39,565 bases of DNA from Paecilomyces variotii (Eukaryota). Below the pieces are notes generated by a model. It was not told the DNA's origin and did no database searches. It saw only the letters and a program-made list of their open reading frames with translations. Both the position numbers and the translations under genes were made by a program. Shown piece after piece: positions 12,790-26,074 of this stretch (positions are counted from its first letter, which is position 1; each line of letters begins with the position of its first letter). The stretch is from NCBI GenBank assembly GCA_004022145.1, contig RCNU01000035.1; one strand, written 5' to 3'.

Positions 12790-15700
12790 AAATTTTATTA
12801 GTTCTGTTAACTTCTTTTTTTAAAGCTTCTTAGAGCCTTTCTTAGAGAGGTTTTATTAATAGCTTATATTATTATCTTAAATTTAGTTAATATATCTTAA
12901 GCGTACTTAAGATTCTCCTTAGGTTATTATAAATTTTTATAATCTAGATAGCTCTTTTATTTAATTAAATATTACTTCTTTCCTTATATTATCTATTTAT
13001 CTAGAATAGCTTTAATCTCTTATTCTAGTTTATTATTTACTAAGATTAGGTTTAAATACTTAGGTTTAACCCCTAATCTTTAATAGTAGGGCTCTAATAG
13101 GGAGATATAAAAGACTAGGTATATTTTGCTCAGGCTTTTTAAGAGCTTAAGCTAATAGGCTTAAATTCTAATTCTCTCTATAACTTTATAAGGTCTTAAG
13201 TATTTTATATCTAGTTTTTTAATTAGTTAATCTGTCTTTAAGTTTTTTATTAAAAGGCAGACTCGGTCTCCTATTATATAGGATCTAGGCTTATATTTTT
13301 TATTATAATATTTCTATTATATAGTAATAGCCTTTTAAAGGGATTTTTTTAATTAGGTATATATTTTAGTAAGTTCTTTTAATTAATTATTAACTATTAG
13401 TATATTTATTTGCTTTCTAGAGTTATATTTATCTTAACTCTTAGGATTAAATTTATAGATAATGCGAAAGGGAGTTGTACTTATAGAGGTATAAATTAAA
13501 TTATTATATATAAATTCTGCTATAGTTAATAAGGATACCTAATTATTTTACTTATAGTTTAAGTAGACCTAGAGATAATATTTTAATATCTAGTTCTGCC
13601 TTTTAATCTAGCTATTAGTCTAGGGGTAAAATATAGTACTTAAAAGTCTAGTAATTTAAATATAGCAGTAAAGTTCTATCTAGTATTTATTAGTAAATAA
13701 TATCCCTTTATCTAATATAATTAACTATAGAGGTTTAAAGCAGTTATAGATATAATCTATAATAAGGTTAGCTATCTTATCTATCTTTAATATTTTATAG
13801 ATAGGGATATAGAGCGCTATTTTTAAGTAGCGGTCTATAATTACTAATATTAAATTATAAATAATTTCTTATTTCTCTAATAGCAGCAGTCCTATTATAA
13901 AATCTATTAAAATACTCTACTATAACTACGCTAGGATTAGTAAAGACTTTAGCTTTTTATATAGCTTATATTATAGAGTTTAGTTTTTCTGGCAGATATT
14001 ATATATAGATATATATTTTTATATATCCTGTATTATTTTAGGCTAGTTAAATCTTCTTTAAAGCAGCTCTTTAATCTTCTTAACGCCTTAATGCCCTATA
14101 TAAAGGTTATTATAATATATTTAAAGGAGCTCTTACTTTATAGCGGGTATATCTAATATAAATATAGTATTACTCTTCTATAATAATCTTTTATTATTTA
14201 TTCTCTATACTATCTCTAAGCTATCTTTAGGAATATATGCTTTTAATTCTTTAATTTTCTCTAAAATAAAGGTATTCTTTGCTTAAAGCTATTTTAATAT
14301 AAAGAGTAGGCTAAGAGTTATAGCATCTTAAATAGACTCTTCCCTAATTACTTTAATAACTAGTATTTTTTATATTAAATATTCTAGACTATTTATACCG
14401 CCCACTTTAATAAGTTTATACTCTAAACTACTTTCTTATATATACTTATCCTAAGCTTTATACTAAAGCTTTTTTTAGAGGGTTAGAAGTAATCCTATCT
14501 AGGATTTAGATTTAAATAGTTTAAAATCTGCCCTTTTAAATAGGGTATTTATAGTATTAAGCTATTCTAGCTTATATTTAATTTAAAAGTTATATACTGC
14601 TAATAGTTCTACTTATTAAGCTTACCTATTATTTAATATTTTTATAGTAAAGAAATAATATAAGTTTGTGTAATTGCTTTATATTTATATAGAATATCTA
14701 TTACCTTCTAGGTAATAATATTAATGTTTAAAAGTATTAATAATAGCTAGGAGTTCTTAGTTATAGACCTTGTAATATGCCTTTATTTTAGTAAACTTCT
14801 GGGTATAATATACTATAGGGTGCTAGTTCTTAAATATAGTTTATTAATCTATCTAAGTTTTAATTCTTAGACCTATCTCTAATCTAGCGCCTAAAGCTAT
14901 TTTATTACTATCTCCCTAAAGGAGTATAGTAGTAAGAGTAAATCCTAAGATATTAATCGTAAGTATTATTAGCTTTTTTAGATTAAAATGCCTTAGTACT
15001 AGCGGAGTTATAAAAGCTAATTTTAGCTTATTAAATACTTTCGCGGTTTCTTTAATCTAGATAAATATTTTAGTTTTCTTCCCCCGGATACTTTTTTTTA
15101 ATAAACTAGTTAAAGGAGCTGTTTTTATAGAGTAGTTATAGATAAATCTTCTAAAAAATCTAGTAAATCTTAAGAAGACCTGAATTTTTTTAAAGGATTT
15201 AGGCTTTAGCTAATTTTTAATAGTTTCTATTCTGCTAAGATCTATCTTTATTTTATCTTTCTCTATAAGGAAATTAAGGAATTTAACCCTTTTTTTATAG
15301 AATTTATATTTAGATAATTTCGCATATAATTTATATTCTTACAGTCTCTCTAAGACCTGCACTATATATCTTTTATACTCTTTAATAGAGTTAAAAAAGA
15401 TTAAGATATTATCTAAATATATAATATAATAGATATCTAATAATCCCTGTAATATTTAATTAATATAGGCTTAAAAAGTAGCGGGAGTATTATATAGGCT
15501 AAATAATATAATTAAGTACTTAAAATACTTATAATAAGTTTAGAAGGCTATCTTTTATTTATCTCCGCAGCAGATTCTAATCTAATAATAAATATCCCTA
15601 AGATTAAGCTTAATAAAGATCTTAGAGCTAACTAATTGGTTAAGTATTTTATTTATCCTAGGTAAAAGATATCTATTCTTTATAGTAATGCTGTTTAAGG

Positions 15701-16480
15701 CTTAATAATTAATATAAAGCCTTAATATATTATCTACCTTAGGAATAAATAGAATAGGTACTCTTGTAAGGCTTATTAATAGTTATATTTACTCTTTTTA
15801 TTATATATCTTTAAGATATTTATATAAAATATTAAGTTCTTTAGTAAAGAGGTTATAAAGTCTCTCTTATAAAGGCGCTGTACTATCTAAGAGTTTAATC
15901 TTATATTTATTTATTTTAGCGGGTAATATATTTATTCTTTTTTTTAAAAAGACCTCTATATACTTTTTATATTTTAAAGGTAAGTTTTTTAGAATAATAG
16001 GGTTAATTTGATCTCTGTAGAGTATCTAAATTATCTCTTCTCTTATTATCTTAGAGAATTATTAAGTATTTTTAATCTTTATTTATAATTATTATAGAAT
16101 ATAATATCTTTAAGTTATTAACTCTTAATCTATAATAAGATTAATAGCTTATAATTATAATTTCTTAAGAATAATAAATAATCTAGGTATTAAGATAATA
16201 TAAAAGTATATATCTGCCTTTTCTATAGTTTCTTCGGAGTTAATAATATAGATCTCCGCTTTAAAGAATCTATATTTCTAAATCTTATACTTGTTAATAG
16301 ATTTAAAGTTTATATACTATTAGAGATTTAGGGGAATTCTATATTATATAGCTATATTTAAGCTAATATAGCACTAAGCTAAACCTAAATTAATAAAAGC
16401 CTTATCTTTAAATATATTATTAGGTAGGTAAAGTTATATTAAAGTATATAAAGACTTTTTACTTATTTTAGATCTTTTAT
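12790..16480 (-). pseudogene. D pol remnant (PR, RT, RNase H, integrase, chromodomain)
   Basis: AFVDSG ~16385-16400; YLDD 15408-15419; TDASGF ~14945-14960; HDQELLAIVDAFKHWRHYLEG ~14703-14765; integrase HH..H ~14090-14118; chromodomain ~12870-13030. Ends are approximate. Confidence 0.92.
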
Positions 16481-17550
16481 TATAAAGGGCTATAATAGTC
16501 TTAAGTTTTTCTCTTTTAAGAGAATCTTTCTTTTTTAGATATAATTTAGATCTTTATATATAATCTCTTTTATTATAATTAAAGCAGCGGCCTTCTTTTT
16601 TAAGCTAGTCCTATTTTATTAATAATCTGAATTTCTTCTTTTAGGGTTTATTTATCTTCTCACGCTAGTTATTAGTCTCCTTTCTCTTTTACCCTGAGAT
16701 AGAGTCTTTTAGCGCGCTTTATATTAATCTACTTATGTTTAGTATAATAAAGAGGTTTAAGGATTTATTTTTCTTTTAATTTATTTCCTAATTAGTAGCT
16801 AAAAATATTAATTAGTTAAGGTTAATTAGGAGATCTTAATAGTTTAATAAACCTGTTTAAACTTTAAGTTATAATTTTGTATAAAAAATATAAGACTAAA
16901 TAATCTTATTATTATTAAATCCTTTATCTTAGTTTAGCTTCGCGCGAGCTTGTTTAAAATAATATAGAAAAGCTCTAGCAGTTTAATTTAAATATTAGGT
17001 TAAGGTATAAAAGTAATTTATTATATTTTATCCCTAATAATGCGGATTATTAAGTAAGTTTAATAATTAACCTTTAAACCTATTTTAGGTTAGTATCTAG
17101 AAGTTAGAATCCTTTTACTAGTAAATCTAAGATTAAGCAAGTTCTTTATCTAGTAAGGCTGCAGTGTAGGTAACTTTCTTATTTTCTATCTTAAATAATA
17201 AAGCATTATAGGCTAAATATTTATTTATATACTAGTATTACTAGTAATAGGTATTAAGTATAATAGCTCTATACCTCTGCAGTTCAGATAATTTAAGCCT
17301 TAATTACTTATTAATATAAGTAGCAGCAAGAAGCTATAGGAGGTTTCTCTTTATTAATAGATTATTTTCTATTTAGGATTAATCTCTCTCTAGGCCTATT
17401 AGAATATCTCTTAAGGTTTATAAGCTAATTTTAGTAATTAGTTACTGTAAGCTAAGTTTAATAATCTCTAAACCCTTTAGAGTATATATTATAGGCTAAG
17501 AGCTAGGACTCTTATTCTCTAAGTTATAGAATATATTAATATAGCTACTT
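16481..17550 (-). pseudogene. D gag remnant
   Basis: Lies between the 5' LTR and protease; EGRCFNCNKRGH zinc knuckle at ~16535-16595. Confidence 0.8.
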
Positions 17551-17576
17551 ATATCGCTAAATAAAGTAATCTAAAT

Positions 17577-18008
17577 TATAAGGAATAGGGGTTCCTAAAG
17601 ATTATTAATAAATTACTCTACTAGTAATTATAATGAGAAAAGTAATAGTTTTATATATTTAACTTAGAAAAGAGTCTACCAGCAAGATAAAAGATTAATT
17701 ATTATAATAAAGGGTTTAACTAATATAGAGAAGGGTCTATACTAAAAGATTCTAATAATAAAGAGTCTATATAAGTAAGAAAATAATAGGGTATATATTA
17801 TATTAGAATAGATTGCTAGCTTTTAGTAAGATAATAATCTAGAGCCTATTTATATTCTAAATCTTAAATATTTCCCAGCTTTATCTTATATAAATCCTAA
17901 AAGCAGGGAGAGCGGGGTTTAACTAATTACCTCGGTATTATATTTAGATTTGGGGCTTCGCTGCAGTCCTGCGAGCTTATGCCCTAGCGGGGAGCTAGGG
18001 GCATAATA
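17577..18008 (-). repeat. D 5' LTR (432 bp)
   Basis: Colinear direct repeat of 10491-10922; minus-strand TATAAATA at 17847-17854. Confidence 0.96.
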
Positions 18009-18830
18009 CTTAATTAAAAGAATTTTTTTAAAAGATTATTACTGCATAATAAAAATATTATAATAAGAAATATAAGCCTAGATCTTATATAATAGAAGAC
18101 TAAGTTTACCTTTTAATAAAGAACTTAAAAATTAATTAATTAATTAAAAAACTAGATATAAAATACTTAAGACCTTATAAAGTTATAGAGAGAATTAAAA
18201 CTTAAGCTTATTAATTTAAGCTCTTAAAAAGCCTAAGTAAAATATATTTAATTTTTTATATCTCTTTATTAGAGCTTTATTATTAAAGACTAAAGGCTAA
18301 ACTTAAATATTTAAACTTAATCTTAGTAAATAATAAACTAAAATAAGAGATTAAAGCTATTTTAAATAAATAAATAATATAAGAAAAGAAATAATATTTA
18401 ATTAAATAGAAAAGCTATCTAGATTATAAAAATTTATAATAGCTTAAAAAAGACCTTAAGTATATTTAAAATATATTAGCTAAATTTAAGGTAATAATAT
18501 AAACTATTAATAAGATCTCTTTAAAAAAGGCTCTAAGAAGCTTTAGAAAAAGAAGTTAATAAAATTAATAAGATTTTCCTTTTTTTTCTTATTAGATTTT
18601 TAAATTTTATTTAATTATTTAATTATTAAATTTATATTACTCTTTCTCTATTTATTTATTTATAAAGGTTTAGGAGTTTTAATAAGGATATAAGAAGCTA
18701 ATTTATCTAGAAATAAATTTATTTTAATTAGGCTATCTCTAGTAAGAACTAAAAATATAGGCTTAAGATTAATCTCTCTTATTTATTTACTTTATTATTA
18801 TAGAACCTTATTAGTATAAATTTATCTTCT
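18009..18830 (+). pseudogene. Host C, piece 2: integrase C-terminus, chromodomain and start of 3' region
   Basis: Resumes exactly where piece 1 stops; KKLDAKYLGPYKV ~18146-18185; reverse-complement match to D ~12538-13360. Confidence 0.92.
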
Positions 18831-19441
18831 TATTATTACTCTAGGATCTTTCTTAGCTATTTTATTATACTATTATTAGAGAAAGCTTAAGTAAAACTTA
18901 CTTAATTTTTCCTTAATAATCTAAATCTATTTAGATCTTTTATAAGTAGTTAATATAGTTTACTTACTATAATCTATTAAGTAAGGCTTTATAAAGGTAT
19001 AATTTAATAGGTCTAATAGAATAATTAAATAATAATAGTTAAGTTAGAAGTAGGGCCTAGTTAAATTATAATCCTTCTAGTATTATTCTTACTAACCTAT
19101 AATAAATAGTAGATAAATAAAATATATTAAGTGCGAAGAACTAAATATATCTATAAAGCGTAAATAAGTATTCTTATATATTTAGTTCTTTCTATTATAC
19201 TATATACTATTCTACTATATATTTTATAATATATTTAATCTCTAATATTTTCTTATATACTATTCTCCTACTATTTTAATAGTATATTTAATAGTATATA
19301 TTATATGCTTTTCTATATTATTAACTATTCTAGTGCTATTCCTTTAAATTATATAATTAGTATCTTTATTATATAATTATGCTGCAGTTTTATATTATTC
19401 TTTTAGTTTCTTTATTTACTATATCTAGTTAGTCTATAATA
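18831..19441 (-). repeat. E 3' LTR (611 bp)
   Basis: Direct repeat of 24828-25435, adjacent to the PPT. Confidence 0.93.
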
Positions 19442-19565
19442 TTATTCTCTCTTTTTAAGGTCTTTATCTCTAAAGATATAGATATAAATAAAGCGCTCGC
19501 CTATATTACTATTAAGATTTTAGCTTTTCTTTTATAAGTAATATTTTTATAATATATTTATTATT

Positions 19566-20144
19566 ATACCTCTTAAGCGTTTTAATTACTTTACTAATTA
19601 TATTTATTAGTTTAATTATATTTACCTTAATAGTTACTTTATTAAATATTCTTATAAATATTATTTCTCTTATAGTAAAGCTTATATTATAGATTTAAAA
19701 AGTTAAAACTATACTTTTTATACTTATTATAGTTATAAATATAAAAAACAATTTTATAGTAAAAGAGAGTAAAATAAGCTTTAAGAAGCTTAAAAAAAAA
19801 TAAATATTAAACTTACTGCTGCTAAGAAATAATCTACTCTTCTTTTTATTAAAATTCTTCGCCTATAAAAATAGTAAAAGTTCTTAAAAGAGTATAATTC
19901 TAAAATATTAGATTATAATATTTTAGTAATAAATAAATTAAATAAAGAAAATTCTCTTTCTGCTAAAGATTTAGTTAAGCTTAATTACTTTATAATTAAA
20001 GATAATTATTAATATTAACAGCTATCTGCTACTCTTAATAATCTATTAATAAGTTAAATTCTTTATAATTTAAGCCCTAGTTTTTAGACTTTTACTAGTC
20101 TTAATATTCCTCTATTAAATATTAGTAATTTATTAAATTTTTAA
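19566..20144 (+). pseudogene. Antisense accessory ORF of E (~192 codons) with canonical Zn2Cys6 spacing and coiled-coil-like region
   Basis: De-RIPs to MPP..R...PCEYCFSRGKACIMDSKSQNCASCTRRGRKCEKQFHSEREWNKLQEAQ...ELAAAEEQ...KILRLRKQQKFLKER...LDELDEEDPLS. C-x2-C-x6-C-x8-C-x2-C-x6-C at 19653-19742; all six codons are now TAT (RIP of TGT). Confidence 0.7.
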
Positions 20145-23100
20145 CAGGTTCTTAAGTATTTTCTAAAGTATTATATTCTTTTTATTTTATAAGGTACTAA
20201 GTTTATTTATTAACTTTTCTTTCTTCTAAAATTCTTTTAATTTTATATTTTTCTTCTATAATCTTAACTTCTTTATATTATATTTAAGTATTTTGCAGTA
20301 CTAGTTTTAATAATAAGATATAAAAAATTAAGTATATTCTTATATTATCTAGGAGTTTTAATCTATAGTTTACTAGTCCGATTTTCTCTTTAATAATAAA
20401 TAGTCTAATCTTTTTATTATCTAGTTTACTACTTAATTATTTTATTTTAATATTTTTATATAGTAAGTATACTTTTTTCTCTCTTTTTAAGTTAAGTCTC
20501 TTTTAATATATTTTGTCGAAGTAGACTGCTATTCTAAGGTTTATAAATTTAATATCTTTTTATAGTTATTTATATAATATCTATAGCTATATAACTTTCT
20601 TTTCTGCTTTATAGTTTATTTTTTATATTTTCTTTAGTTTATTGCTAAATTTAAGATTATATCTAAAATTAATATAAAATAATATCTTCTTTATTATTAT
20701 ATTAATTAAGTTATTATATATAAATTATACTATAAGTAGTAATTTAACTTAATTACTTTAATTATAATTTATATAATTCTATAAGTATTACTTAATTATT
20801 TAATTTATTCTTTTTATTTATCTATTTATCTATAGGTAATAAGCTATGCTAAGTCTATACTTAATACTAATTATATCTATTAATGTTTTCTATAATTTTA
20901 ATATAAACTATAAATCTTTATTTATTATTATTCTCTTTAGTATACTATATTTACTAAATATATATTAAAGTAGTAAGTATACTATATTAATTACTATTAC
21001 GTCTTAACTCTTAGTAATTATTATTACTACTAGTTATACTATTTAATAGTTATATATAATTATTCTATTTTTTTTCTCTTTAATAGCGTTAGTTTAAGTT
21101 CTTAGATTTTTTTTTTATAATTTAGTCTTTTACTAAGTATATCTACTCGCTTATTTTATTCTCTATTATAATATTTAATTATAAAGTTATAATTAGCTAA
21201 TACTTTTACTTATTTTACTTATCTTTATATTAATACTTTAATTATTATAAAATAAGTAAAATTCTTATAATCTATAATTATTTTAATTATATATTTTATT
21301 CTTTTAAGATAAACTCTCTATTATTAAAACGCTATTATTATAGCTAGTAATTCCTTATTATAAATCTTATAATTTAATTCTATTAGTATTATTTTTCTTA
21401 AATAATATATTATTAAATATAGCTTTTTATTATTATTTAGCTATAATATAATTACTTTAATTATATAGTCTAATATATTAGTCTTAATAATTATTTCCTT
21501 TTCTAAATTATATTATCTAAGTATTAGTACTATAATAAGTCTTATTTTAACTTCCTTAAATATTTTCTATTAGGTTTTAATCTATTAGTAATTTTTCTTT
21601 TTCTTTAATAAGTTAAATAGTAATCTTATAATATCTATATATTGTTTAATATATTATTAGTAATAGTTTACTATTTTAATAAATACTTATAATTCTTATA
21701 GGTTTATTAGTATTAGCTAATCTTTAATTATCTAAATCTTTTATTTATCTGTTTATATCCCTTCTTAAATAATTTAATATCTTAGGAAATTTATTTCCTT
21801 AATATAAAATTTATATTTTTTTAGCTTTATTCTTAGCTTTACTATTTATAATTATTATAATATTATCTTAATATATTTAATATATTCTTTATAATTTTTA
21901 GAAAATATTAAAATATTATTTAGGTATATAACTATAAAGTTATATATATAATCTCTTAATACTTTATTAATAAATTATTAAAATATTACTAGTGCATTAG
22001 TTAATTTAAAAGGTATAATCTTATATTTATAATATTTAAACTTAGTTTTAAATGCTATTTTCTATTCTTTACCTTTCTTTATTTATAATCTATTATAGAT
22101 ATCTGCAATATTAAATTTTATAAAAATCTTTACTTCTTATACTATATCTTAAATCTCTATAATTAGTAGTAATAGGTATTTATTCTTAATTATAATAGCG
22201 TTAAGCTATTAGTAATCTGTATATAGTTATAAACTTCTATCTTTCTTTAATATAAATAGTATTAAATATTCTGCTAGTAATATTAATAGTTATATATAAC
22301 TTTTTTATAGGTTCTCTTTAATATATATTTTTAGTACTTTTAATTTTTTCTTTAATAATTAGTAAATTAGTTTATATATTAGTAACTTCCCTTTAATTAA
22401 GGATATTTTATAATTATATAGTCTATAGTTTAGTAATTCCTTATTAATGCTAAGATTAAAGAGATTTTAAAATTATTTATATTTTTTTAATATCTTTAAT
22501 TCTATTATCTTTTTTAACTTCTTTATTCTTATTATAGTACTATATAGTATCTAACTATATTACTTCTCCTAGATTTATATATTCTATTATATAATCTTAC
22601 TTATTAACTCGCTTTCTAAAAGTTCTTTAAGATTTTCTTATTCTTTTAACTTAGAGCTATTAATTATTTCCCTTAACTTAATCCCTTTTATAGCTAACTT
22701 TACCTCGCCTATTTAACTCTTAAGAGCCTAGAAATAGTCTTATTTTAGCCTTATTCTATATATATATCTTATAAATTATATCTTATTATATGTTTAATTA
22801 ATCTTTAAATTATATTATCTAAGCTATAATACTCTAAGTACTATATTATACTCTTTAATCTTAGTTATATTAAAGTTAAGTAATTTTAAATAGTTTTAAA
22901 CTAATATTAGAATTATTTCTATCTTTATAGTTAAAGATTATCTTAAGTCTTCTCTATTAAATCTTAAAATTAATACTAGCTATTTCTTTATTTTTTTTTA
23001 GAATTTATAACTTCTTTATAAATCTTAGGTTTATAAAGTTTCTTATAGCTCTTAAGTTAACTAGTACTTTAATTAATTAGCCTATAATCTTAGCCTATAA

Positions 23101-24800
23101 TTTAATATATTAACCTTTAGCTATTACTACTATTTAGTATTATCTTTCTTATTATTATCTTTTAATTCGGTTTTCTCTTAGAAAATACCTATTATTAATC
23201 TTCGCGCTATAATATATTAAATAATAGTCTTTATAATATACTGTCTAATATATACTCTTATACTCTAGGTATCTCTAATACTTTCTCTATATATATCTTA
23301 GCCTATTATAATAGGCTAATATTTCTCTTTATAAGGAATTTACTTAAGTCTTAGCTTATTAAGCCTCTTACTTATAGCTATACTTATTTAAGTTTAATAA
23401 AATAAAATCTATTACTCGCGTCTTAGCCTTAATTACTTTAATACTTAGTTTTTTATTAGTTTTAAGCGATTATTTACTATTTATATCTTTTAGCTTCTTA
23501 AGTATTTCTTTAGCCTTATATTATTCTTTTAATTTAATTAAGTCCTTTTATAGAATTATTATAACTACTTTATTAATTTTATTATTTAATAATATTATTT
23601 ATTGCTTTATAAGTTATTTTACTACTTTAAATATTTCCTAGGTTTCTTATAAATATTTATTAATTTTATCCTATACTTCTTATACTATTTCTAGTAATAC
23701 TAATACTTATTTAGCCTATTTAATCCTTAAAAGATCTATATTTTTATCTCTATTATCTTAAGTTATTTATTTATATTATATTTATTCTTAGCTCTTTAAA
23801 ACTTTATTATAATTACTTTCTTTATTTATTGCTTTTAATTATTATCTTAGTTTTTTTAATACTTTATAATTCTTTATATAATAGCTTTCTTTATTACAGT
23901 TAAAATATTTAAACTTCTTTTATTTTTAATTCTAATTAATTCTATTATTTCGTCTTAGTACTATAGCGTTTAGCTTTATTAGCCTTAATCTATAGGGATT
24001 CTTATCTCTAATTAGTTATTTCTTATTTAATCTATATTAATTTAATTTACGATATTCTATAGATCTTTATTATTTCGCATATTTTTTAGCTTATTTTCGT
24101 TCGAATATCTTATTATTAATTTTAATTAATAATTTAATAAGGTTATTAATATTATCTAGTCTATTAACTTATATAAGTTTATCTTAAACTTCTTTCTTAA
24201 GTCCTTATTTATAAACTGCTATTTATACTAATAATCTTTATCTTAGATAAGATATAATTTATTTAAACTATATCGCGTAATCTGCTGCTAATTATATTTA
24301 ATATAAATATTTAAGCTTTTGCTTTATAACCTTTATCTTATCTCTAATATTAAATGCTTTATTTAGCTTTGCTTAAAAGCTTATATAGCTTCTATAAATT
24401 TATTTAGTAATTTTATCTTTATTAGGATTTAAATTCTTATTAACTACTATTAAGTTAATCTAATTAAATACTAGTCCTCTTATATAGAATATTACTAAAA
24501 GTATTTTATTATTATTATTAGTAATATTTATTATTTAAAAGTATAGATTTAATTAAATAATAAATATTTATAACTTATCTCTTTTACTATAATAATTTTT
24601 AAGTTTTAGTAATTTAATTCCTTATTATAGTTTATCTTCTGCAGCTTATATAGTTATAATAATCTCTTATAATTATTTAATTATTCTTATAAATTCTTAA
24701 GTTATAGAAGTGCGATTTATATTATTAGTTATTATAGCCTACTTAGCAGATATTACTTAATTATTACTAAATATCTTAAATCTTTAAATACTTAAACCTT
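20090..24800 (-). pseudogene. E gag-pol remnant
   Basis: DPYGPRPMELD ~23970-24000; CCHC knuckle ~23865-23910; extra H..W..C..D.C..H motif ~23205-23265; VLVDSGA ~23048-23068; LFVPKKDGSLRLCTDYRQLN ~22200-22260; YLDD 21915-21926; RIHPIFHVSLLEP ~20300-20340; chromodomain QYLVKWKGY...ENTWEP ~20146-20200. Confidence 0.92.
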
Positions 24801-24827
24801 TAGTAATAGAGTTAAAAGTACTTAATA

Positions 24828-25435
24828 TATTATTACTTTAAGATTTTTCCTAGCTATTTTATTATATTATTAAAAAAGGCTTAAATAAAACTTATTTAAT
24901 TTTTCCTTAATAATTTAAGTCTATCTAGATTTTCTATAAGTAGTTAATATAGCTTATTTATTATAATCTATTAAGTAAGGCTTTATAAAGGTATAACTTA
25001 ATAAGTTTAATAAGATAATTAAATAATAATAGTTAAGTTAGAAATAAAGCTTAATTAAATTATAATTCTTCTAATACTATTCTTATTAACTTATAATAAA
25101 TAATAAATAAATAAAATATATTAAGTATAAAGAACTAAATATATCTATAGAGCGTAAATAAGTATTTTTATATATTTAATTCTTTCTATTATACTATATA
25201 CTATTTTACTATATATCTTATAGTATATTTAATCTCTAGTATTTTCTTATATATTATTCTTCTATTATTTTAATAGTATACTTAATAATATATATTATAT
25301 GCTTTTTTATATTATTAACTATTTTAATACTATTTCTCTAAATTATATAATTAGTATCTTTACTATATAATTATACTGCAGTTTTATATTACTCTTTTAG
25401 TTTCCTTATTTACTATATTTAGTTAGTCTATAATA
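24828..25435 (-). repeat. E 5' LTR (608 bp)
   Basis: Direct repeat of 18831-19441. Confidence 0.93.
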
Positions 25436-26074
25436 CTTTCTCTTTATTAGAGAAAGAAAGAATATTATAAGCAATATATATAATTTCTTATATACGCTAT
25501 AAATTTAATATTATTAAATAAAGTAATTTAAGTAACTTCTATTAAAGCTATATTATAAACTATTTATATAAAGATAAGGTTAATAAGATAATAAATATAA
25601 GCTTATCTATATCTATTTTAATAGGCGCTTTATATAGATATATCTTTATAAAAGATTTATATTTATTATAGGCCTCTTTAAAAAACTTATAGTTATTTAA
25701 GAGATAAGCCTCTTAATTAAAGCTTTATAAATAAATAAGCTTATTCTTATAAATTAATAAGATTAAAATATAAGGCTTATATTTATAACTATAATAATTA
25801 TATTTAATATTAATATTAATATAAGTATATTAAAGTATTAAATTCTTAATTAGCCCCTTTAAATAATAAAGGTATATTTTTTAAAATATTAAAAGAAACT
25901 CTTTATTTAGCCTAGAGATAGTAAAGTTATTCTCTATTATTATATTAATAATAATAATAATAATAATAATAATCTTAATTAATATTTTAATAATAGCTAG
26001 TTTAATTTAAGTCTCTATATTAATAATCTCCTTATACTCTATATTTTATCTCTAAGGCCTTTTTATAATATAAG
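25436..26074 (+). mobile_element. Host C, piece 3: 3' region carrying the Zn-cluster part of the antisense ORF (minus strand ~25771-25875)
   Basis: Reverse-complement match to D ~11908-12542. Confidence 0.9.

Larger units (their letters stand above)
10491..18008 (-). mobile_element. Full-length Gypsy/chromovirus D (7518 bp), same family as host C, inserted in inverted orientation
   Basis: Two 432-bp LTRs, perfect 5-bp TSD CTTAA (10486-10490 and 18009-18013), PPT complement TCCTCCCCCTTTTT at ~10926-10939, and gag-PR-RT-RH-IN-chromodomain on the minus strand. Confidence 0.96.
18831..25435 (-). mobile_element. Full-length Gypsy/chromovirus E (6605 bp; skippy/CfT-1-like gag)
   Basis: LTRs 18831-19441 and 24828-25435. 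Flanks CTTCT and CTTTC are both RIP derivatives of CCTCC (D has TCTCC at this site). PPT complement TTCTCTCTTTTT at ~19445-19456. Confidence 0.94.
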
